Source: Octopus bimaculoides (lineage: Eukaryota). From it: a stretch of 64,000 nt of DNA. Shown piece after piece: positions 1-11,430 of the stretch. The notes below the pieces were generated by a model. It ran no database searches. It was not told the DNA's origin and was given only the letters and a program-made list of their open reading frames with translations. Every line of letters begins with the position of its first letter. Position 1 is the first letter of the stretch. The translations under genes and the position numbers were made by a program. The stretch spans positions 130,681,254-130,745,253 of the forward strand of contig NC_068983.1 of the NCBI RefSeq assembly GCF_001194135.2. Reading direction: 5' to 3'.

Positions 1-165
1 TCTTACAGTTTACTAGGTAAAAAACGACTTTCTTCTAACGGCTTTCAAGGGTCTGTGTATGCGCGTATGTATTTATGTATGCATGTAGATGCGAACGCAC
101 ACATGCATCTATATATTCATGCATGACCGTGTATTGGTGAGTGTATATGAGCGTCTGAGTGAATG

Positions 166-430
166 CGCGTGGCTTAGTGGTTAGGGTATTTGGTTCTCGT
201 TCGTAAAGTCGTGAGTTCCTTCCCGGCGATAGCTTGTATTCTTGAGCAAGGCACTTTATTTTATGTTGCTCCAGTTCACTAAAAAGACGAAAATGAGTAA
301 TACCTGTATTTCAAAGACCCAAACTTTTCATATTCTATGTCAAGTCGAATCTACTTGAGAACTGGATTGATGGTACACGTAGATCGGGTAACTAGAACCT
401 TCATCATCGTAACCAGCGAAGTGCCAGGTT
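166..430 (+). mobile_element. tRNA-derived SINE (family with CTTGAGCAAGGCACTT central box), decayed
   Basis: A-box-like TGGCTTAGTGG and B-box-like GAGTTC, followed by cttgagcaaggcacttt...gttgctccagttcact. A related copy lies on the minus strand at 37617-37870. Confidence 0.7.
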
Positions 431-2255
431 ATTTTTTTCTAATGAGTGCCTGAGTAACTATGTGTGTGTGCGCGCGCCTGTATGCGTATGTTCGCACGTG
501 CCAGTGTATGTGTGATATTATACAAATATACATGTGTACATGTATGTCTGGAGATTATTAAAAATCGCAAATTATTCAGTCAGAATGAACCACTAAATGT
601 TTGATGTTAAAAACTTTCAGGAAAAGCGAAATACACACTGGAAGAAGAAATAATATCAGTAACAAAATTGGAATGCCATCGAAGTACTACATGTAATTTT
701 CCCGGTGATGAGTTAATCTAGTAATTTCAAGCTTTGCAACCAAACAATTCTCATTCATTGCCTTTTATTTTCACACTTAAATAAGGACCATTTATATATC
801 ATGTATTCTATCAAAACTTGATGAACCGATTTAGAGTACATAAGCAACAGATCATGAAATTATGTAGACACACAGGTGGATTCAAAAATTCCCATGTTTA
901 TTCAAAATATTCGAAGGAAATTATTAATTTCCTCATGCACATGTTAATGAGTATGTGTGTGCGAGCACGTGTGTACATGTATGCACAACTATGTTGGATG
1001 TTTCAATAATCCTAATGAACTGTTTCAAAAACGAGGCTAATTGTTGTTATAGCAGCCACTGCTTTGCATTTATAATTGCCTTCGTCATCAGTTGCCGTTC
1101 CTTTTGTTGTTTGACACAAGATGAGCTATCAACAAATAGGCTTTTGAGGAAGTGCATTCGCGCGTGTTCAATCTAATGTTAATTTTGTATCCCAGCGTAG
1201 TGCGTCTATGACTGCATTATCCAATGCATTTTTATCGTTCATGTACGTTTACGTTGGAATATTAGGAAGATATCTCCGTTATTACTTGTGAGATGGTCAC
1301 ATGCGGGATACATCTTTTGGTACTGTACTAAAAGTTGCGCAATACCACAGCGCTGCTGGCGAAAGACCTTGGCCCTATTTTACTCAAGTTTGCTAAATAT
1401 ATATGTGATTCTAGATTGTAAGAATGAAATATCTGTGGAATTATTAAACAAAAATCTCGATTACAAGAGAAGTATCGAGTTAATTGTAGAAAAGTGAATT
1501 TACAAATACAAATGTAAAATTTTAATTTTCATCTACTTGGGAAATAAATTTTTGGAATAAAATAAAGCAAGAATAAATCATTCAACATTCTTTATAATGA
1601 AAATAAATTTTGAGTACTTGACTTGTTGACTGTTAATATATTTGTCATCGACTCCCACTAGCATTCTATTACAATTCTTCCCTCGAGTGTGTTCTTCAAT
1701 TTCCAAGCCAAAGATCATAACCGAAGAACTTGTTCAGCAAATTAGAATAGAATAATAAAAGAATTAATTGTTTTTATTCCGTTTTTGTCATAGACACCAT
1801 GTCAGGGCAATCATTTTTCTTTCCGTCAATCGAGTGGAATCAATTTTCATTATTAAAAAATACAAGAAATCATTATTAGATCTCACAGTTTTCTGTTTAC
1901 GACGCTTTGTAATTTTTTTCTTATTTAATATTGTAAATTGATATTTTATTGACAAAAATACAACTAAATGAAATTTAATAGACAATAAAAGTAATGCAAT
2001 TTCAAGAGGAATATGCACGTTTTATGCATGTATTCCACTTATATATACAATATACAAGTAATTGAACAACAAGAAAAATCGATATGAATAATAAATTAAA
2101 TATAAGGCTTTAATGTATATATTTCTTAAGCATATAGACGAGAACAAATTCATTCACACGCATGCAGACATCTATACCCTAACACCACCACGCGCATACA
2201 TATACATACGCATATGTATACACATATATACGTGTGTGTCCGTCTGAATATGTGT

Positions 2256-2304
<49 letters not shown>

Positions 2305-2360
2305 ATCGCTTATGTGGCCCATATCAGAGTGCTAATTAAAGTTAATCGTGTAGCACAGGG

Positions 2361-2595
2361 AAGACGGCGAGTTGGCAGAAACGTTAGCACGCCGGGCGAA
2401 ATGCTCAGCGGGTTTTCCTCTGCTGGTACGTTCTGAGTTCAAATTCCGCCGAGGTCGACTTTGCTTTTCATCGTTTCGGCGTCGATTAAATAAGTACCAG
2501 TTACGCACTGGGGTCGATATAATCGAATTTATCTGTTTGTCTGTCCTTGTTTGTCCCCTCTGTGTGTAGCCCCTTGTGGGCAGTAAAGAAATAAG
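2361..2595 (+). mobile_element. tRNA-derived SINE (octopus OR-like), first unit of a dimer
   Basis: Head GGCGAGTTGGCAGAAACGTTAGCACGCCGGGCGAAATGC, B-box GAGTTCAAATTCC and tail TAGCCCCTTGTGGGCAGTAAAGAAATA. Matches the minus-strand copy at 15885-16105. Confidence 0.85.
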
Positions 2596-2793
2596 AAACG
2601 TTAGCACGCCGAGCGTAATGTTTAGCGGTAGTTCGTCTGTCATTACGTTCTGAGTTCAAATTCTGCTGAGGTCGACTTTACCTTTCATCCTTTCGGAGTC
2701 GATAAATTAAGTACTAGTTGCGTACTGGTTCGATCTAATCGACTGACCCGCTCCCCCAAAATTTGGGGCCTTGTGCCTACAGTAGAAAAGAAT
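2596..2793 (+). mobile_element. tRNA-derived SINE (OR-like), second unit of the dimer with a different tail
   Basis: Same body without the first ~18 nt. Tail CCCCCAAAATTTGGGGCCTTGTGCCTACAGTAGAAAAG resembles the copy at 55347-55562. Confidence 0.8.
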
Positions 2794-3090
2794 CGTGTGC
2801 CACAGGGAAGGATGGTGGGATGTGAAATAGAGAAAGCGAATTACGAGCAGCCTTTGTCAATCGGATACACGAATAAGTGTAAAATCAACTGCTTGAAAGT
2901 CGTCGAGGTTCTCGTCGATATATATCTCAGCAATTTAGACTAGATACCTAAATAGTCTACACACTTACAACTTTCTGTAAGAAAAATAATCTTGTATCTT
3001 ATACTTTCTCTCTTATCTTTTGCTTGTTCCGCTCATTCGACTTTGAAGAATTATAGTTAACGATCGACACTACTATTTTTTAAAGCCTGA

Positions 3091-3523
3091 TATTCACATT
3101 TGACGTATATTTGTCATTATCTTCTTTGTTGTTAACACAACTCTTCGGCTGATATGCTTCCAGCTTTCACCATGTGTCTTGGGGAAATTTCGTGCCTGCG
3201 TTCTCATTCCTAAGGTATGTTTCGATGTTGTTATAATTATTATTCTGGTCCCTGTTCGGAATCGAACTTGGAATCTTGGATTTAGCAGACCACGCGCTTA
3301 ACAACTACACCATATTCCCGTGGAGAATTATGAAGTGAAATGTATGGCTTATAAATCTAATATTCTCCTATCCTTCTTTAATACCGGTTCACACATGCTA
3401 TTCATATCTGCATCCAGGTTCGAAATTTTCCCAAAACACCTGAGGAAGATTTGAAGGTATATCAGTCGAAACGTTGTGTTAACAATAAACAAGATGAGGA
3501 CAAATATCCGTCAAATGTCAATA
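3091..3523. mobile_element. Non-autonomous element: ~110-bp inverted arms with hammerhead-like cores flanking a tRNA-like segment (Penelope-type pLTR architecture)
   Basis: 3091-3198 is the reverse complement of 3415-3523. tRNA-like segment on the minus strand at 3246-3323. Homologous to 22658-23010. Confidence 0.7.
3435..3480 (+). ncRNA. Minimal hammerhead ribozyme-like motif
   Basis: aacac-CTGAGGA-a-GATTTgaaggtatatCAGTC-GAAA-CGTT-gtgtt: stem I aacac/gtgtt, intact core, weakened stem II, palindromic ACGT helix III. Confidence 0.55.
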
Positions 3524-4344
3524 ATGTAAATATATATATNNNNNNNNNNNNNNNNNNNNNNNNNNNNNNNNNNNNNNNNNNNNNNNNNNNNNNNNNNNNN
3601 NNNNNNNNNNNNNNNNNNNNNNNNNNNNNNNNNNNNNNNNNNNNNNNNNNNNNNNNNNNNNNNNNNNNNNNNNNNNNNNNNNNNNNNNNNNNNNNNNNNN
3701 NNNNNNNNNNNNNNNNNNNNNNNNNNNNNNNNNNNNNNNNNNNNNNNNNNNNNNNNNNNNNNNNNNNNNNNNNNNNNNNNNNNNNNNNNNNNNNNNNNNN
3801 NNNNNNNNNNNNNNNNNNNNNNNNNNNNNNNNNNNNNNNNNNNNNNNNNNNNNNNNNNNNNNNNNNNNNNNNNNNNNNNNNNNNNNNNNNNNNNNNNNNN
3901 NNNNNNNNNNNNNNNNNNNNNNNNNNNNNNNNNNNNNNNNNNNNNNNNNNNNNNNNNNNNNNNNNNNNNNNNNNNNNNNNNNNNNNNNNNNNNNNNNNNN
4001 NNNNNNNNNNNNNNNNNNNNNNNNNNNNNNNNNNNNNNNNNNNNNNNNNNNNNNNNNNNNNNNNNNNNNNNNNNNNNNNNNNNNNNNNNNNNNNNNNNNN
4101 NNNNNNNNNNNNNNNNNNNNNNNNNNNNNNNNNNNNNNNNNNNNNNNNNNNNNNNNNNNNNNNNNNNNNNNNNNNNNNNNNNNNNNNNNNNNNNNNNNNN
4201 NNNNNNNNNNNNNNNNNNNNNNNNNNNNNNNNNNNNNNNNNNNNNNNNNNNNNNNNNNNNNNNNNNNNNNNNNNNNNNTATATATACCGGATGAATCTAC
4301 ACTAGTATTGTAAGTTCTATACATATTCTTTGATAATATTATAT

Positions 4345-4655
4345 CAGGCTTCTTGTTGAACCGTTAATTTACAGTGGTGTAAATACACGTCACTACCGAT
4401 TGCCAAGCGAGGTTGTGGGTAAAAACTAACATAACGACACACACATTCACACGCACACGCATGCACAGGCACACAAACACACACATATACGTATATGTAC
4501 GAGCGGCCACTTTCGATTCCGTCTACCAAATCCACTCACAGGGCTTTAGTTGATCCGAGGTTATAGTGGATGAAACTTGGTCAACGTGTCAGACAATGGG
4601 ACTAAACCTGAATCTATGCTTTGGGAAACAAAATTTTTACCACACAGCCACACTT
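4345..4655 (-). mobile_element. tRNA-derived SINE (octopus OK-like) with internal CA tract
   Basis: Reverse complement of GTGGCTGTGTGGTAA...GTGAGTGGATTTGGTAGACGGAA. Same family as 44685-44825 and 18852-19025. Confidence 0.7.
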
Positions 4656-4789
4656 TCGATTGTATGTACGTCTAATGTATTCGCGTGTGCTCGTATTATA
4701 CATTATATATAAATGCGTTCTACGCATGTATTTATACATACGTATATNNNNNNNNNNTGTGTGTGTGTGTGTGTGTGTGTGTGTTTGTC

Positions 4790-4970
4790 TTGTGTACGTG
4801 TTGATCCAAAGCCACCGCTTCACAAAAGGTGTCGGTGTATATTTACGTCCGCATAACTTAGCGGTTAGATGAAGGAACTGCTATAATAAGTACTGGGGTT
4901 GATTCGTTCAACTAAAATTCTTCTAAGTGGTGCTCCGGCATGGTCACAGTGTAATGAGTGAAACAAAAAT
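4790..4970 (+). mobile_element. SINE 3' portion, decayed
   Basis: Carries aagtactggggttgattcgttc (shared with the other SINE bodies in the window) and ggtgctccggcatggtcacagtgtaatgagtgaaac. Confidence 0.45.
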
Positions 4971-5489
4971 ATGATAAAAAGATAAAATAACTATATCAAT
5001 CTTACCTGTATTTGAACTGAGAAATTAAATGTTCATAATGAAATCCCAGTAATGTAAGTATTAATATCATATTAATGACAAATATCCTACAGTGCATATC
5101 TTTGCTTCAAAATATCATTATAATAAAGAAAACATCATTTTTCTTAGGGCAGAAAATTGACATATAGAATGCTTTGGCATAAAGCTACTTTGATTCATAT
5201 GTGAATTGCATACGTTTTAGACTCCATTCATTAACATTCCTTGAAATAATTTACAATAACCATCAGACACATTCTCCTACTGTTATATAATCTCCTCCGA
5301 TGCGAATATTTGAGAATATATGACCCACTGGTAATATATGTATTCGTCATCATTGTTAATAATCTGCTAATTGCAATTTCAGTTGAATATCATGTTTTCC
5401 TTTTTGCGTTTTGTTTTTCTTTTTTTTTTTTCGTGCGCTGAATCAATATTGACGAGAAATATTACAGAAATATTACAACCGCATAATAC

Positions 5490-5860
5490 TATTTCTTTCT
5501 TACTTTAGTACAAGGCCGGCAGTTATAGGAGTGGAAGGTAGTCGATTACATGGACTCCAGTGCTCAGCTGATACTCATTTTATAGACTCCATCCGGATGA
5601 AAGTTTAGGTTGGCCTCGGTGGAGTATAAACTCAAAACTTACAGATCTAACGATTCTGCAAGTTCTCCGGCTAATAATAATAACAATGCTTTCTTCGACA
5701 GACACAAGGTAGCGGGGGCTAAGCAATTACATCGAACCCCAGTGCTCAACTGTTAGTTATTTTATTGACTCGAAACGAATAAAGGCAACGTCGACTGCGG
5801 CGATGTTTGAACTCCAAATGTAAAGACGTGTGAACTGCATCTAAGCGTTTAGTCCGAGTA
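5490..5860 (-). mobile_element. Two adjacent decayed OR-like SINEs
   Basis: Both carry the reverse complement of the shared body (ccagtgctca(g/a)ctg...gatgaaag/gaataaaggcaacgtcgac...tttgaactc). Confidence 0.55.
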
Positions 5861-6479
5861 CTCAATATTTTATCAATCAGTACAAAGGATTCTTCTCTCC
5901 GACCCCTTTTGGTGACAACATAAAATAATTTAGACCAGATTTATCTCTTTCAATCATCGTAACTTTTGTATATTTTTTAGAGGCCGGTGACTAGTCTTAA
6001 CTGGTTGGTTTTGAGATGGAGCAGTAGAGCAAAAGTGTAGGCAGTGAGCACTGTCGCTCATGGCAATGATCATGATACCATTCTATTAACTTACAACCTG
6101 TTGTACACGTGAATATGGCTGCTGGTTCTTTGTATACGGATATGATCTAAAAGTCCCGGATTTGCTTTTGAGGCAGCAACATCTGCTTTTGTCTACTGCA
6201 TTCTTTTTTTTTTCTACTCATCCCTTAATATGAGAAAATTATCAAGTGGCATTTCCTACCTCATGCATAACACAAGGACATTTAGTTTCCCACTACCGAA
6301 ATAACTCTTCTCATCGCCACTCACAAATTAAAGCGCAGTTTCTGAACAACCTCCGCTAGTTTAACGGCATCAGAACTACCTCCGCTAGTTTAATATCGTC
6401 AGTACTAACGATGCAAGAGAGATGGTTGATAGTAGTGGAAAGAGATATATTAGATTGTTGATCATCGATACATGTTGGC

Positions 6480-7000
6480 GAGTTCAAGAAAATAAATTAT
6501 GTTACCCTCATAGTTGGGATATGTGATACATAGCAGATAACAATATGTGGAACTTGGCGTTGTTGCTGTTATTGACGTCCCTGCTGTTTTCTAGTTCTCA
6601 CGTATCGTTCGTATTTCCATACGTATTGCAACAAAGCTTTCTGCCATGTTACACCAGTCAAAATATTCTCCTTCCTTCGTCTCTCTTGAGGACTTCAGGA
6701 GAATCTTCCTAATTACACATTGTTCAGTATTATCTCTGCGCTGTAAACATTATCTCTTGCTGAAAATATAATGATGAAGGAAGCGTAAGCATAACCAAAG
6801 ATGTCCCTAATTTTTCGACCAGTATACAACATCACTAGTATGAATGCAGATGCGTTGTACACTACACCAAATTGTTGTTTTACCTCGCACTCGATTTCAA
6901 AGACGAGTTGCACTTTTCTACGTTCATATATTGGTCTATTGACTACATATCATGCCACAAATCGACTTTACTTTCTTCCAACTGTTTTTTTCGATTGCTC
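6480..7000 (-). pseudogene. piggyBac-like DDD transposase relic
   Basis: Minus-strand fragments SIDQYMNVEKCNSSLK (cf. SIDE.M.PFKGRSSLK), MLYTGRK (cf. E.YTGK) and LKSSRE..GEYFDWC...AIRWK. Frameshifted, and no TIRs were found. Confidence 0.45.
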
Positions 7001-8619
7001 GCTACGCTGCAGGAAGACGAGGTATGTTCCTATATGTGTTCCTCGACCATCATCTTCTCCGTAGTTCAAGAATGCACACACCCTTATGACAAATTTTAGA
7101 AATATTTCTTTTTTCAGGAGATGACTTATATGGACACAACCTTCTTGTCAGCAATTCTAGCAAACCTGTTGTTAATGCTCTTAACAATAATTTTATGTGA
7201 AATATTATTTTTTCATTTGCTCAAGTGTTTTTTGCCTTTTTATTTGTTTCATATTCTAAATATTGTCCTATTATTTAAATGCCTTAATCGAAAGTAGAAA
7301 GAAGAGGGAGGATGAAGGAGATATGAAAGAGGATGAAGGAGAGATGAGAGAGGATGAAGGAGAGGAGAAAGAGAATTATAGGGAGAAGAATTTTGAATAA
7401 CTAGTAAACAAATATTTGTACAAATATAAAATATAAATTTCCAAGTACAAAGCTTCTTTCTCCTCTCCAAGTTAATGTAGGCGGACATTCAAATGCTCCA
7501 AACCCTTGAATTGTCGACATAATGGTAAAAGAATTAATTGTCCTTCAAGTTGTTCAACGTCATAAAAGCCAAATTTTCACGGAACCATTCCAATCTTGCA
7601 CAGCAAGAACTGTAGCGACAACACCACAACCACCCCTTCTAACAAAAACAGCAACAACAACAACAATGATTATGATGATGATGAGGAGGAGGAGGAGGGG
7701 GAGGAGGAAGTGGAGCATTACTCGTTCTTAAAATGCGAACAGTGTAGTGAAGCAGAATAATAGACAAGAAAAGAAAAAATAAATGTGTGACATCAAAATA
7801 AAAACAAAACACGACTGTTTTTTTTTTTCATTTCTTTAAAGTATTTTATTTGATAATTAAGTCTTCTTTTACATTGCGCAATACACTACTAGAATTAAAA
7901 TTAATAAAATAAAAACAAAAACAAAAAATATATTTTTGTATTGATTAATATGATGTGTGAAAAACGCAGTATCAATTTCCAACATCATGCTCGGATAATT
8001 ATCACAGTATAAAACAATTAGAAGCAATCCTTAAAACCATAGATCATGCTGTCAACATCATAATTTTAAATTCTATGGGGAAGTATTATATCATCTCAGC
8101 AAATTGTTATTTGACAAAGGATAACTGATTACTAATAAGTGACGTTTCATAAATTCAGTCTTTCATTTATTTTTAACTGAACACGCATAAAATGATTATA
8201 ATATATTTGTTTGTCAATGGAGAACATCTCACAGGAACAAAAGGGAAGAAAAGGAACATATATTATGAGGTGTTTCAATCCACATCCGTAAGACACATGC
8301 TCTGTCTTTGCTTGAAATAGCAGTCGAATAGCTTCCAACTGTCCAAGCAGACATGACCAAGCTTCACCGTTTTCCTGGATATGAAGGATGGAATCAGTAA
8401 TAACTGGATTTCATTAGACATCTTCAGAGTTTCTGACTAAAACGTTTTCTCGAAGATGCGGAGAAACTGTTAAAGATTTTGAAATTCGAATATGGAAGTG
8501 CAAGCAGTGCTAATAACAAGGGATCACTAGATATGATAAAAAAATATTGTTAACATATATATATACAGGGTGTCCACAAGGTCTGGGTACATGGAGTAAA
8601 TAAAATCATAACATAAACA

Positions 8620-8778
8620 ATTAAATATAAGAAATAGCATCGTGGTGGTGGCAATGACAATAATAGTGATAGTAATTATAGTGGTGGTCTTGATAGCAGT
8701 GGTAATAGTGATAATAAAAGTACTGATAATAATAATAAGAATTATAGCAACAAGAATAACAACAACAACAACAAAAAC

Positions 8779-8824
<46 letters not shown>

Positions 8825-8938
8825 GTAAAAGGAATATGAATAAGAGGAAAAGAAGAAGAAGAAGAAGAAGAAGAAGAAGAAGAAGAAGAAGAAGAAGAAG
8901 AAGAAGAAGAAGAAGAAGAAGAAGAAGAAGAAGAAGAA
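8620..8938 (+). repeat. Compound trinucleotide microsatellite ending in (TAA)n and (GAA)n
   Basis: Directly visible. It abuts the 5' end of the Dong-like element. Confidence 0.95.
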
Positions 8939-10420
8939 CCCTCTGACTATGAAGTCCAACTAGCAGGAGTGGGGAATAGAAACGAAAATGCTTGGCACCT
9001 TCACATAATCTGTGCTCCGGATACGCTCTGCTTGTTAGCTTTGCCCTGTAATCAGCCTAGCAAAAGATCACTCTGATGTCGAAACCAGAGGGGGAAGGCC
9101 TTTCCGGCCTTGGTAGGGAATCTTACCAATGATGGTGTCACGAGAAATGACCTGTTTGGTCGTATCCTAAAAGTGCACCTCATTTATGAGTGAAAATGTC
9201 AAACAAACAGCTAATGATATCGGTGTGAACGGGTCTGGAGCTAATTGTGATGGTGTTTTACCACGTAAGTAAGTGTCCTTTGGTGTAGCAGGGTAGAGAC
9301 AGTTGCAATCCAGCAAATACTAACCATACTGCGAAACAAAAGTGGAGTAAGCAAGAAAAAATGATGGTCACAGAGCGGTATTATCGGAGTATTCTAGTAG
9401 ACAGTAAACGGCGCATCGGACAGAGGATACCGGCAACGAATATACAAATAATGGAAGTGGGTAGAACTGTTTGAAACCGCAGAAGAGAAATTGTGATTAA
9501 ACAAGAGAAATACAAAAGCATGGATGATTATTATGGATGGAGTTAGAAACTATCAAAAGAAGGATATCTGTGGATTCTGATCTTATGAGAAACATAAGTG
9601 GCATAATTAAAGAAATAGTCAATCGCTCACAGGAATATACTGGTGAAAGATTGAGATCAGAGAAAAGTTAAACGGTGAAGATCATATGATAATGAACAGG
9701 ATTTAAGTCTATTAAATGCAGAAGCAAAAGAATTTCTGAGTAACTTCAATAGAGACTAAATCAAGAAACAAGTAAAGTCAATAATATGTTGAAGCACGTA
9801 GAAACAAAGAAAATGTCACTAACAAATAAACGCACCATGGTTGCAAGTAGGACTTTTGACTGTTGCAGAATGGATGAGGCTGAAGATCAATCAGAAAAGA
9901 GCGAATACTTGCCAATAAAGCTAAACTAAGTAGGTTTGAACAACGAAAAAAAGAATACCGACAAAACCACCGATTGTGAGAATCGACTAAAAAACTATTT
10001 TATCAAGAAACTAATGATGTTTTCGCATGCGAAGTATTACTTCCTGGTGCTAATGATGAAAGTCGAAATTTTGGGGTTAGATATGGAGTAAGCAAGAACA
10101 ACGTAATACTGGACCTGTATGAACTAGTGCAAGAGAGATTCGTCACACTGAACACATTTCAAGCAGGCGCAGCAGACAAAATTACCACAGTTATAGAATT
10201 TGTCCCGAATATATAATGCCCCTTGGTAGCACTGATGACTATGAAGAAAGCCCTAAAAGTATCTTAGACTCAGTGAATATTTGCGCAACGGATGTTTACC
10301 ACAAATTAATTATCGGACTAGAGTAGCCTGCTCTTACCACAAAAATCGTAAGAACAAGCTTTCCGTTCTGGTTACCTATGAAACGGGACAAGATAACAGC
10401 GGCAGAAAATGTAATAGATC
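8939..10420 (+). mobile_element. R4/Dong non-LTR retrotransposon, 5' UTR and N-terminal half, decayed
   Basis: Fragments KQKWSKQEKMMVTE.YYRS, ELETIKRRIS, KVNNMLKHVETK and ESRNF.G..WSKQE match the N-terminal motifs of the Dong-like copies at 32.5-34.3 kb and 59-60.7 kb. Confidence 0.65.
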
Positions 10421-10479
10421 ACAGATACAATGGAAGCACTCACAATTTGATACCGGTTATTTAAGTACAGTTTCCACTC

Positions 10480-11430
10480 TGTCTATTTTTGAATGAAACT
10501 AACCGTACTGCTTGAAACTGCTCCTTGTTCTTGTTCACCTAGCAATGTGACCTAACTAAATCTCGAGCATTTAAACTTGTCCGTTTAATCCTTCAATCCA
10601 TCATGTTGTTCGATGCAATTGGCGTGTCTCTCGCAGTAGCGGGCTGTAAGCCCAATGGCTTGTCCTGACTAATTTTTGCTTCTCTAATCGCTTCGCATTC
10701 ATTTGGATTTGTTTCAGTCACTTCTATGTCTATTGTGTCCCATATTAATAGTGATGTCGTATGCAAGTGCAAAGACGGATCCTTCGGTTTGTATTACTCA
10801 CCGGATTCCCTTCGAAATTTCTAATTTTTTGTTGTAGATCTAGAGCCTTACGTGCAGCTGTAGACTGAGGAGGAACACTGTACAAACACGGATACAATTA
10901 CGGATACTGAACAATTCCGTCAGGTGGCCATTAACATTGACCATGGAACTAAATTCCCTGTACACTGAAAAGATCCGGCTTTTGAAGATGATCCTGAAAC
11001 TAACTGCTTTGAGCACAGCAGCCAAATATTAATGATCTTCCCTATAAAAATTTTCGAGAGATCTATATTGCCCAAGACCTAATCCATTTCAGGTTGTTCA
11101 CGCACCTTTTCTGTAATGTAACGCGAGAGGTGAAGTTTGTAAAATAGACTTGGTTTGCATGGCGCATCTTTGAGTTTCTACATGAGTTTCGACGATAAGT
11201 GCCAAAAGATTTGAGCCATCACATTGGCTAAAATCTGCACATAGCAGATTTACGGATATTAAATCTTTCAAACTCCATCCCTTGTTCAGGTCATATTTCA
11301 GCAGCACTGGCATTTATCTTTCCGATGGATTGAATTCTCCTGTTCTGCTACATGGTGCGACGCTTTCAGTCTCAATTAACCGGAGAACTGGCTATGCATC
11401 CCATCTTGACTAAGACGAAAGGAGAAACCA
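10480..11430 (-). pseudogene. Tx1/L1-like reverse transcriptase relic
   Basis: KYDLNKG...NLLCADF, IDLSK(IF)..DH*YLAAVLKAVSF, VNVNGHLTELFSIR and ALAY(A)DI resemble the Tx1-type RT motifs KDPNKG..LLNADFK, KAFDRVDHQYL and SVRQGCPLSP. Confidence 0.65.

Noticed and set aside
3246-3323. tRNA-Ser-like gene (also 22851-22928)
   Set aside because: The stems are imperfect, there is no long variable arm, the two copies differ in anticodon (GCT and ACT), and both are embedded in a dispersed repeat. They are tRNA-derived, not functional tRNAs.
6340-6400. 29-bp direct repeat (aac(a/t)acctccgctagtttaa) resembling a CRISPR-like array
   Set aside because: There are only two units with no unique spacers in a eukaryotic context. 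It is an ordinary tandem duplication.
8621-8959. Homopolymeric ORFs (poly-I, L, Y, S, F, CV, IY)
   Set aside because: They are translations of microsatellites.
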